Assembly (NCBI GenBank): GCA_001805245.1
Contig: MHEU01000067.1
Coordinates: 1 to 57,109 of the forward strand
DNA length: 57,109 nt
From: Nitrospirae bacterium RIFCSPLOWO2_02_FULL_62_14
GTDB lineage: Bacteria; Nitrospirota; Nitrospiria; Nitrospirales; Nitrospiraceae
Direction: 5' to 3'
The notes below the pieces were generated by a model. It did no database searches. It had not been told where the DNA came from and worked only from the letters and a program-made list of their open reading frames with translations. A program made the position numbers and the translations under genes. Shown here piece by piece: positions 15,593 to 23,745 of this stretch; positions within the stretch are counted from its first letter, which is position 1, and the number at the start of each line of letters is the position of its first letter.

Positions 15593-17083
15593 ATGGCACG
15601 CTTCGTCCTGTTCGCCGTCTTCACCGTCCTGCTGTCGGGCTGGCTGGCCCCGCCGGCTTCCGGCGCCGAGGCCGACGCTCCCAGACAAAAACCCCTGCCG
15701 GCGATTCCGCTCAGCCTCAACGAAGTGCTGGCGTGGATCGACCGGTCCCATCCGTTGCTGCAGGGAGCCGGCACGGAGAAAGTGTCGGCCCGCGGCAAAA
15801 TGCTCCGGGCCCTCGGCGCCTTTGAGCCGACGCTCGTCAACGACATGGAAATGGAGCGGTTTATCTCCAGCACGAGACCGGATAAGGGCACCCAAACCGT
15901 CGGGTTCAACGACACCTTTCTGGACCTCCGGCATCAATCCGGCATCAGGGGCTCCGCCGGCATCCGCCAATCCATCGGTACGGCGACAATTCCGGACTTG
16001 GGATTCGACAATAACAATCAGCAGGTTCTCCTCGGCGGCTTCATCCCGCTGCTGCGGGGGTTGATGGTCAATCCGGAAAACGCCGAGTTGCAGCGCTCGG
16101 GACTGGCCGATCCGCGCGCCGACATCGAGATCGCGCAGACCCGCCAGGATCTGTTTCTGGCCGCGGCCTCGCAATACTGGGAATGGGTGGCCGCCTGGAA
16201 GCTGGCGGACGTGCAGCAACGGGCCCTGAAGGTCGCTGAAGACCGGTTCAACCAGATCGAAGGGCGCGCCAAGAAGGGCCTGTCCGCTCCGCTCGACGCG
16301 GTCGAAGCCAACCAGGAAGTCCAGCGGCGCAAGGAGATCCTGATCGCCGCGACCCGCGCCGTCGAGCAGGAACAGTACAAGCTCTCGCTCTTCCTCTGGG
16401 ACAACGGCACGCCGGTATCGCCGGCGGGCGCACGCGTGCCGGACTTCCCGAAAGTCCTGCCGCTCCCTCTGCCCGAGACCGTCAAGGCCGACAAGCTGGC
16501 GGCGCGCGCCTCGCGCCCGGAAGTTCTGGCCGTCGGCATCGAGGCCAAGCTGAATAACATCGACTTGGAGCTCGCCAAGAATAATCTATTACCCAGCCTG
16601 GACCTTGAGGCGGCTCCTTCTCGAACGCCGGAAAAATTCGTGCTGGGCCTCGGCTACCGGTTCGGGGCCGAGTTCAAGATGCCGTTCCTCCAGCGCAGGG
16701 CCCGCGGCGAAGCGCTGGAAGCGCAGGGCAAGGCGGACCGCCTGGTCCTGACGCAGCGGTTCCGCGAACAGCAAGTGCTCGTGGATGTGGACAACGCGCT
16801 CTCCGCCGTCGAGCGCGCGAAGCAGCGCATCGACGCGGCCTTTCAGTCCCTGCAGCTCGCCAAGACGCTGGAAGACGGCGAGCGGTTCCGATTCAGCCTC
16901 GGCGCCACGAGCGTGTTGTTCGTGAATCTGCGCGAACGTCTCGCGGTGGATTCCGAGAACCAGTGGATCCGGGCCGTCGCCGACTACCAGCGGGCGCTGG
17001 CCCAGTATCAATGGGCGACCGGCACCTGGGCCAAAGCGCCGGCGTCGGTGATTCCCGTGACCTACAAACCGGCGTTGAAGTGA
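15593..17083 (+). CDS. TolC-like outer membrane efflux protein
   Basis: Signal peptide MARFVLFAVFTVLLSGWLAPPASGA. ATG at 15593 with an AAGGAG RBS. Two-repeat OEP-like helical sequence. Confidence 0.8.
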   Translation: MARFVLFAVFTVLLSGWLAPPASGAEADAPRQKPLPAIPLSLNEVLAWIDRSHPLLQGAGTEKVSARGKMLRALGAFEPTLVNDMEMERFISSTRPDKGTQTVGFNDTFLDLRHQSGIRGSAGIRQSIGTATIPDLGFDNNNQQVLLGGFIPLLRGLMVNPENAELQRSGLADPRADIEIAQTRQDLFLAAASQYWEWVAAWKLADVQQRALKVAEDRFNQIEGRAKKGLSAPLDAVEANQEVQRRKEILIAATRAVEQEQYKLSLFLWDNGTPVSPAGARVPDFPKVLPLPLPETVKADKLAARASRPEVLAVGIEAKLNNIDLELAKNNLLPSLDLEAAPSRTPEKFVLGLGYRFGAEFKMPFLQRRARGEALEAQGKADRLVLTQRFREQQVLVDVDNALSAVERAKQRIDAAFQSLQLAKTLEDGERFRFSLGATSVLFVNLRERLAVDSENQWIRAVADYQRALAQYQWATGTWAKAPASVIPVTYKPALK

Positions 17084-17267
17084 GGGTGCAAGTGTGCCTG
17101 ATTCATGGCGGATACGCGCATGAATCAGGACGGCTGAATAGCTTTTTCCGGAGACCTTTGATACGCTGCGGCCCGTCCAAGGCCGTGCGCGACCTCACAG
17201 GGCATCTTCCGCAGCTAAAGGAGCGCTGAGGGCAGCCCCGCATGGCGGGCTGCCTCGCAACGACAGC

Positions 17268-18944
17268 ATGCCCAACGAGAAAACCGAAAGGCGTTTCGCC
17301 TCCCAGGGCCTGTTGCGGGCGACCATGACCCGCTTGAGCCTCTTTCTCCAGTTCGAAAAGAAGATCCTGGCGATCATTTTCGCCTACGCGCTCGCCATCG
17401 GCGTGTTCGCACTCATCGTACCGCTCACCGTCCAGGAACTGGTCAACACGTTCGCCTACGCCCTGCAGCCGATCATGATCATCACACTGGCCGGCGTGAT
17501 GGCGATCACCCTGGTGGTGATGGGATCCTTTCGGGTGTTGCAGTCCCGCGCCGTCGAAATCCTCATCCAGCGCCTCTACGCACGGATCGCGCTGGGCCTG
17601 ACCCGGCAGCTGCCGCGCTTCCGCAACGTGGAGTTCTCCCCCAAATACGCCAACTATTTCATGGAAGCCGAGCTGCTGCCGCGCGCGCTCGTGGCGATGC
17701 TGGCCGACATCGTGAACGTCTGCGTCGGCGGCGCGATCGGCATGATGATTCTCGTCATGTATCACCCCTATTTCATCATCTTCAACACCCTGCTGGTCGG
17801 CGGCTTCGCGGCGATCATCACGATCCTCGGGCGCGGCGGGCTCAAGATCACCATGGATGTCTCGCGCCACAATTACGCCACGATGAACTGGATCCAGGAC
17901 ATCGCCAACAACCTCCTGCATTTCAAGGCCACCGCGAGCACGCCCCTGCTCATGAAGAAAACCGACGAGCTGGTCCACGCCTACGTGGCGGCCAGAAAGA
18001 TCCGGTCCGACATCCTGACCGGCACGCAATACAAAGGGTCGGTCATCTGGCAGGCCCTCGGGCACAGCGGCCTGATCGCCACGGCCGGCTGGCTCCTGGC
18101 CGCCGGGCAGATTACGCTGGGACAGTTCGTGGCCTCCGAGGTCATCGTCGGCACCCTGCTCCTGAACCTGGACGTGCTGGCACGCCGGATGTACGCCGTG
18201 TATTACGTCTTCACCTCCCTGCACGAATTGGATTTCCTTTTTTCGATGCCCAAGGACGAGGAGCAGGGCAAGCTGTCCGTCCCTCTGCCCGATCCGACCG
18301 TGCACGGGGTCCGCCTGACCTGCAAGGACGTGTCGTTCGCCTATCCGAATTCCCCGTCGACGTTCCAGCACTTCAACATCGAAGTGGCGCCGGGCGAAAA
18401 AATCGCCATCTTCTCCGCCACCAGCACCGGCAAAACCACGCTGGCCCGCGTGCTCGCCGGCCTGTACGCGCCGACGAGCGGCTTGATCCGCTATAACGGC
18501 GTGGACCTCCGCGACCTGGACATGGACTCGCTGAACGCCTGCCGCGGATTGATCCTGGATTCGCAGCTCACGCTGTTCGAAAGCACGCTGGAAGAGAACC
18601 TCACGATGGGGCGGACGGTCCACTACGAGGACATCCGCTGGGCCCTGCGCTTCGTGGAACTGGAGGATGAGGTGGATGCCATGCCGCTGGGACTGCGGAC
18701 GCCGGTCACCCTCGACGGCAAGGGGTTCACCACCAGCCAGACGCTCCGCCTGCTGGTCGCGCGGGCGATCGTCGCGCGCCCGCAGATCCTGATCCTCGAC
18801 GGCACCCTGCACGGCATGCTGCCGGCCATGCGGGAGACGATCCTGCGCCGCCTGTGCAGCAAAGAGGAGCCCTGGTCGGTGATCTTCGTCTCCAACGATC
18901 CGTCCCTGACCGCGCACGTGGATCGCCGGGTCATGCTGGAATGA
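17268..18944 (+). CDS. ABC exporter (6-TM domain + NBD) with degenerate NBD motifs
   Basis: Type-I exporter-like TMD. The NBD aligns to HlyB-type NBDs, but the Walker A, signature, Walker B and H-loop are all non-canonical (see findings). Confidence 0.8.
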   Translation: MPNEKTERRFASQGLLRATMTRLSLFLQFEKKILAIIFAYALAIGVFALIVPLTVQELVNTFAYALQPIMIITLAGVMAITLVVMGSFRVLQSRAVEILIQRLYARIALGLTRQLPRFRNVEFSPKYANYFMEAELLPRALVAMLADIVNVCVGGAIGMMILVMYHPYFIIFNTLLVGGFAAIITILGRGGLKITMDVSRHNYATMNWIQDIANNLLHFKATASTPLLMKKTDELVHAYVAARKIRSDILTGTQYKGSVIWQALGHSGLIATAGWLLAAGQITLGQFVASEVIVGTLLLNLDVLARRMYAVYYVFTSLHELDFLFSMPKDEEQGKLSVPLPDPTVHGVRLTCKDVSFAYPNSPSTFQHFNIEVAPGEKIAIFSATSTGKTTLARVLAGLYAPTSGLIRYNGVDLRDLDMDSLNACRGLILDSQLTLFESTLEENLTMGRTVHYEDIRWALRFVELEDEVDAMPLGLRTPVTLDGKGFTTSQTLRLLVARAIVARPQILILDGTLHGMLPAMRETILRRLCSKEEPWSVIFVSNDPSLTAHVDRRVMLE

Positions 18945-19065
18945 GACGCTCCCTCCGCTTGCACCCCCGCGCCGAACAGGCGGGCCGCTTCTCACGTCAG
19001 GGACAATCTGTTAGACTGACAGGGCTCGGCCTTCTTCAAGGGCCGGCCATACCGGAGAACGCATC

Positions 19066-19857
19066 GTGACGCGTCGCATGATCGGCCTACTGCCGAGGCC
19101 GACCTGGAAACAGATCGTCGTCAGCCTCCTGATTGCCGGCCTCGGGCTGCTGGCCTCCCGCGCCCTCAGCCAGGTCAACCAGGACATCACGCTCATGTAT
19201 GCGGAATACACGCTGGGCGCGACGGAGCTCGCCCATATCTCGGCGGACGTGATCCGGTTCCGGACCACGATCATCCGGGCCCTTGAGGCCCAGACGAGAC
19301 AGGATTTCGAGCGTATCACGTCGTCCCTGCCGGATCAGCGCGCCCGCATCCAGCACTCCATCGACCGCTACGCCGCCGCCAGCCTGCGGGTCTCCCGGAG
19401 CGGACGGAGCGAGGAGGACGACCTTCACGCCGTGAAGGAAAGCCTGGACGCCTATTTCCAGGCCTACAGCAAGACCATGTTGCTGATGACGCAGATGTGG
19501 ACTGCGGCCACTCCCACGGAAGCCGCTGCGTTGCGGACGCAGGCGGAACACCACGCCGCAGACAACGCGGGGCCGAAGTTGATCCAGGTCAGCCTGGCGC
19601 TGGACCGCCTCCTGGAAACCGTCGCCGACGTCGCCAAGGACATGCGGGACGAAGGCACCCAGACCCTGCGTGAGACGAGCAGCACGCTGATCGTCGGCAG
19701 CCTTCTGATCGCCGCGTTGAATCTGTTCCTGGGTCGTTCGCCGGAACCGGGGCGACCCGCCGAATCCCCCGTGTCCGGAAGCGGTAATGGAGAAACCGTC
19801 CTCACGCCCCGCCGCGTCAAGCAGGAATACGCAGACCCCGCCCTTCGCCAGAACTAA
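19066..19857 (+). CDS. two-TM protein with a 4-helix-bundle (4HB_MCP-like) periplasmic domain and no output domain
   Basis: TM1 VVSLLIAGLGLLASRAL, a ~170-aa helical region, TM2 LIVGSLLIAALNLFLG, then a short Pro/Ser tail. Confidence 0.5.
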   Translation: MTRRMIGLLPRPTWKQIVVSLLIAGLGLLASRALSQVNQDITLMYAEYTLGATELAHISADVIRFRTTIIRALEAQTRQDFERITSSLPDQRARIQHSIDRYAAASLRVSRSGRSEEDDLHAVKESLDAYFQAYSKTMLLMTQMWTAATPTEAAALRTQAEHHAADNAGPKLIQVSLALDRLLETVADVAKDMRDEGTQTLRETSSTLIVGSLLIAALNLFLGRSPEPGRPAESPVSGSGNGETVLTPRRVKQEYADPALRQN

Positions 19858-19876
19858 GAACCCCCCGCAGCACAAG

Positions 19877-19996
19877 CAGTCGAAAGTCGGAAAGTCTATC
19901 TGGGTTCTTGTCTATCAAGTCGGAAAGTCCGTCAAGTCATAAAGTCCATATGGCCTGAAGACGTTACGACTTTAAGGACTTGATGACTTTTTGACG
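19877..19996. repeat. family-B dyad repeat, copy B2 (contains family-A words)
   Basis: agtcgaaagtcggaaagtc tatctgggttcttgtctatc aagtcggaaagtcc ... gactttaaggacttgatgacttttt. Confidence 0.8.
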
Positions 19997-20029
19997 CTCG
20001 AATCGAAACCGGCGGCCTTTTTCAATATC

Positions 20030-20524
20030 CTATTTGCAGGGATGGGCGGCCGGTGGAAACGCCCGCACGCAACCGTCTGTCGTCAACGGGAACCGGAACG
20101 CGCCGAGCGGCGTGTCGATCAGCAGCGAGACCACAAGGCGATAGGCCACCTCCCCGCGGCGCTCGAGCGCCGTCAGCGTGCGCTGGAGATCGGCCAGCCC
20201 GATGGCGACGGACACCGGCACCCGCGCGGTGCCGTGCGGCGCCAGCGCCACCCCGCCCGGCGACGCGCCGGATGTGAACGGCCGTCCCTCGATTTGCAAC
20301 ACGTAGTCGTATTCCTTGACGTTCATCTCGCCGTCGCCTGGATTGAGCAGTTCCACATCGAACCGCAGGGCGATCGTGCGCAGATCGAACCCGACCACGG
20401 CCACCGACACCGATCGCACCATGGGCTTGGTGGTGAGGCCTTCCACGGTGCGGCATCCGCCGAGCCCGAACACCGCGACCGCCGCCATCGCGCAGGTCCA
20501 TCCGGCGGCGGCGGCCCGCCTCAC
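20030..20524 (-). CDS. LEA_2/WHy-like lipoprotein
   Basis: Lipobox FGLGGC. FDVELLNPGDGEMNVKEYDYVLQIEGRPF is typical of LEA14-like domains. Start is GTG 20524 or ATG 20488. Confidence 0.55.
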   Translation of the reverse strand: MRRAAAAGWTCAMAAVAVFGLGGCRTVEGLTTKPMVRSVSVAVVGFDLRTIALRFDVELLNPGDGEMNVKEYDYVLQIEGRPFTSGASPGGVALAPHGTARVPVSVAIGLADLQRTLTALERRGEVAYRLVVSLLIDTPLGAFRFPLTTDGCVRAFPPAAHPCK

Positions 20525-20589
20525 CCGCCTACGCAGGAAGCCACGGCTGTCAGGCCGTGGAGGAATGCGAGCGGGTGTCCGCCAAAGCC

Positions 20590-20781
20590 TCGCCGTCGCC
20601 AAAGCAGCTATGGCGCGTCGGCGACTTGGCGAAGGCGGACATGCTTCGTCGGGTTCCGCCGAAGTCAACAAGGGGACCACGGCTGCCCGGCTTCCGCCGC
20701 CGAAGCTGTTTCCGTCTTCGCGAGAGGGTCGAAGCCGCTTCGGCGGAGTCCCTCGGCGGAGTAGGCTCAGACCATGAAGCT
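20590..20781 (-). repeat. family-H element directly after the rluF stop codon
   Basis: Repeated cttcggcgg / ccgccgaag words. Shares tcggcggagtaggctc with 1262..1345. Confidence 0.6.
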
Positions 20782-21576
20782 TCACGTCCCCGCTCCCTGC
20801 CGCGCGGAGCGCTGCAACGTGGCGAATAATTCCTCCTGCTCGCGCTCCGCCAGATTCTTCCACTGCCCGACGGCCAGGCCCTCGATCGTGATGTTCATGA
20901 TCCGGATGCGGTGGAGCGCCGTCACGCGATAGCCCAGCGTTTCGCACATGCGCCGGATCTGCCGGTTCCGGCCTTCCGTGAGGATGATGCGGAACTCCCG
21001 CGGGCCGCGCCGGCTGACCGTGCAGGGCTTCGTCTTTTTGTCCAGAATGACCACTCCGCCGGCCATGCGATCCAGAAAGCTCTGGTCGAACGGCCGGTCC
21101 ACCTGCACGAGGTATTCCTTCTCGTGACCGTGCTCGGCGCGCAGAACCTGGTTGACGATTTCGCCGTCGTTCGTTAGCAGGATCAACCCGGAGGAATCCT
21201 TGTCGAGGCGGCCGATGGGGAAAATCCTCTGCGCGTGACCGATGAAGGCGATGATGTTGTCCGGCACATCCAGCTCGCAGGTGGTCGTGACACCGAGCGG
21301 CTTGTGAAACTTGATATAGACCGGCCGGTTGCCCCACGGGATGACTGTGCCGTCGCGGGCCACGGTGTCGCCGGGCACCACCCGGTCGCCCAGCTTGGCG
21401 ACGCGGCCGTTGATCGTGATGCGCCCCGACTCGATCCATTGGTCGGCTTCGCGCCGCGACCCGATGCCCTGCTGGGTAAAAAATTTGTTGATCCGACACG
21501 CGTCAGGCGAAACACGGGCCGCAGGTTTGTCCTGCGACGCCGGACGGGTCTTCTTGATGAGTTTTGGCGACACCAT
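20782..21576 (-). CDS. rluF: RluF/RsuA-family 23S rRNA pseudouridine synthase
   Basis: S4 domain (RINKFFTQQGIGSRREAD), catalytic GRLDKDSSGLILLTNDG, and HEKEY. Confidence 0.8.
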   Translation of the reverse strand: MVSPKLIKKTRPASQDKPAARVSPDACRINKFFTQQGIGSRREADQWIESGRITINGRVAKLGDRVVPGDTVARDGTVIPWGNRPVYIKFHKPLGVTTTCELDVPDNIIAFIGHAQRIFPIGRLDKDSSGLILLTNDGEIVNQVLRAEHGHEKEYLVQVDRPFDQSFLDRMAGGVVILDKKTKPCTVSRRGPREFRIILTEGRNRQIRRMCETLGYRVTALHRIRIMNITIEGLAVGQWKNLAEREQEELFATLQRSARQGAGT

Positions 21577-21589
21577 GATTGGAGGAGCG

Positions 21590-21672
21590 TGAACGCGCGT
21601 CGGCGCGATTCGCGGGACGGGCGTGACTTGCGCGACTCGCTTTTCGCGCCACTCGCGCCAGTCTCGCCGGAC
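21590..21672. repeat. family-D element D3 (intergenic)
   Basis: gacttgcgcgactcgcttttcgcgccactcgcgccagtctcgcc. Confidence 0.7.
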
Positions 21673-21684
21673 ATCAGCCGGCGT

Positions 21685-22638
21685 TCATCGTTTTTTCTTG
21701 CGCCGGCGGTGGCGCTGCCCTGCGCGGATGCGGCCGAGCATCCGGTAAATCAGCCGCGCGACGGTGAATTGCGGCGCCGCAAAGCCCTCGATGGGCGCAA
21801 TCTCGCTGATGTCCATGCCGATGATGCCGGGCCCGTTCGCCAGCGCGGTGACGAGCGCCAGCGTATCGTACCAGCCGAGACCACCCGGCTCCGGCGTCCC
21901 CAATGCCGGCACTAACGACGCATCGAGCCCGTCGCAATCGAACGTCAGATAGACCGGACGCCCCTTGCAGGCTTTCACGACGGCCGGCACCCATTTGGCC
22001 GCCTGCCCCTTGTAGGGCCCGCCGGGATCGCAAATCTGCGCGGCGAAAAAGGTGCTGATGGTCTTGGTATTGCGGATCGTGCTGATTTCCTCCGGCGAAA
22101 TGGACCGGATGCCGACCTGCACGAGCGGCAGGCCGTCCTGCACGACGCGGGCCATCACGCTCGCGTGGCTGTAGGGATTGTCCTGGTACGCCTTGCGCAG
22201 GTCGCCGTGCGCGTCGATCTGCACCACGCACAGATCCGGCCACTGTTTCGCGTGGGCGCGGATCGCGCCGAGGGCGCCGGTGTGCTCGCCGGTGAGCGTG
22301 ACGACGAGACGGCCCGGCTTCACGTGCGGACGGACGAACGCCTCGATGGCATCCACCGCCGCCTTGTCCACTCTGCCCTTGAGATCGAGCGGCTCGGCGG
22401 TCGCCACGCCGCCCCAGTCCCGATAGATTTCCGAGTCGAGCGTTTCGTCATAGAGTTCGACCTGCTGGGAGGCTTCGATGATCGCGGACGGACCCTTGTC
22501 GGATCCGAGAATGTAGCTGGAGGTGTGCTCGTAGGGCGCGGGCATCACGTAGACGCCCGCCTGCGCGGGGTTGCACCAGGGCTCGCCGATGCCGAGAAAA
22601 TTCCGATCCTGGCCGAGCCAGCCGGCCGGCACCGCCAT
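21685..22638 (-). CDS. speB: agmatinase (ureohydrolase family)
   Basis: VQIDAHGDLR, LTFDCDGLD and GMDISEIAP motifs. Lies downstream of pdaD. Confidence 0.8.
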   Translation of the reverse strand: MAVPAGWLGQDRNFLGIGEPWCNPAQAGVYVMPAPYEHTSSYILGSDKGPSAIIEASQQVELYDETLDSEIYRDWGGVATAEPLDLKGRVDKAAVDAIEAFVRPHVKPGRLVVTLTGEHTGALGAIRAHAKQWPDLCVVQIDAHGDLRKAYQDNPYSHASVMARVVQDGLPLVQVGIRSISPEEISTIRNTKTISTFFAAQICDPGGPYKGQAAKWVPAVVKACKGRPVYLTFDCDGLDASLVPALGTPEPGGLGWYDTLALVTALANGPGIIGMDISEIAPIEGFAAPQFTVARLIYRMLGRIRAGQRHRRRKKKR

Positions 22639-22782
22639 CCCGTACCTCTTGTTTACACTGATGAGCAGATTCGTTCCGGAATCCGATCCTGTAAAACGAA
22701 TCCGGTCATGCGCGAATTTGGAAACCAGCGGGCAGTTTGAGTGTCCCCATCGGCCGAGCCGGTTCCATCGGGGCCCTCACCC

Positions 22783-23352
22783 TTACCTCTTGCGCGCGGG
22801 AGGAAGATTCTCCAACGGGATGAACACCGCCAGGGCCACGACCGTCGTCCAGCGGTTGGCCTTGCCGATCGCGGACTGGGTGATGTTGAGCGTGCGGACG
22901 ATCTTGCCGCCCATCTTGAACACCTGCTCGCGCTCTTTCCACGCGATGTTGGAATCGAATTCGATGCCCAGGGTGGTGGCCAGCATCTGCGCGGCCAGGT
23001 CTTCCGTGTATTCGCCCGACTCCTCGTCGGTTTCGCCGTAGGCGTGATGCTCGGAGAGATAGCCGTAGGTCCGCCGGTCCGTCGGAATCGCCAGGCCGAT
23101 GGACGCGGAGATCAGCCGGTTGCGTTCGTTGGTTTCAGACCGGGCCATGACGCAGTGGGTGATTTCACCCGGATTGAGCAATTTCTCGCCGCGGCTTCTC
23201 GGAACGATTTTGCAGTTGGGCGGATAAATGGAGGAGACGCTGACCAGGTTGCAGTAGGCGACGCCGGCACTGCGCAGCGCTTCCTCGAATGATGCCAGTT
23301 TCTCCCGGTGCACTCCCACGCCCCGGCTCAGGAACATGTGCGTTGGAACCAT
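22783..23352 (-). CDS. pdaD: pyruvoyl-dependent arginine decarboxylase
   Basis: MVPTHMFLSRGVGVH ... NLVSVSSIYPP, the self-cleavage region typical of PdaD. Confidence 0.85.
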   Translation of the reverse strand: MVPTHMFLSRGVGVHREKLASFEEALRSAGVAYCNLVSVSSIYPPNCKIVPRSRGEKLLNPGEITHCVMARSETNERNRLISASIGLAIPTDRRTYGYLSEHHAYGETDEESGEYTEDLAAQMLATTLGIEFDSNIAWKEREQVFKMGGKIVRTLNITQSAIGKANRWTTVVALAVFIPLENLPPARKR

Positions 23353-23377
23353 CGTGCCTCCGTGACTGGTTGCGCTA

Positions 23378-23455
23378 GTTCTTCTGGTTTATCTGGTTTT
23401 TGGGGTTCGTCTCGTTCGAAACCAACCAGACAAACCAGATGCACCAAACAAACCG
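23378..23455. repeat. family-A compact copy A10
   Basis: ttctggtttatctggtttttgg ... aaccagacaaaccagatgcaccaaacaaacc. Confidence 0.8.
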
Positions 23456-23745
23456 GGTCTCAGCGAACTCGTTACGGCTCGCAGTTGTATCAAGTTACAG
23501 GCAATTCTGCAATATGTGGGCGGAGATTTTTTCAGAAGAGGGACTCCGGCCGGCCCGGTCAGGAATCGAGCACGCCAGGATCTTTCGTGAATGCCGTCAC
23601 GAGGGGGCTGAGACCGAAGGCCGCCGGGGCTTCTCGCAAGCGAGGCCGACGCAGGCGTACCCGTGCGGTACGTCGAGGAGGCCAAGCGAGAAAAGCCCCG
23701 CCGGCCGAGAGGATCGGACGCCGCAGTAGGTATTCATGAATGGTC

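Noticed and set aside
17093-17262. Two hairpins between the TolC-like and ABC genes (cctgattcatg/catgaatcagg, and gagggcagccc/gggctgcctc just before the ABC start).
   Set aside because: They may be intra-operon processing or attenuation signals, but there is no T-run directly after either stem and nothing to compare them with. Too weak to claim.
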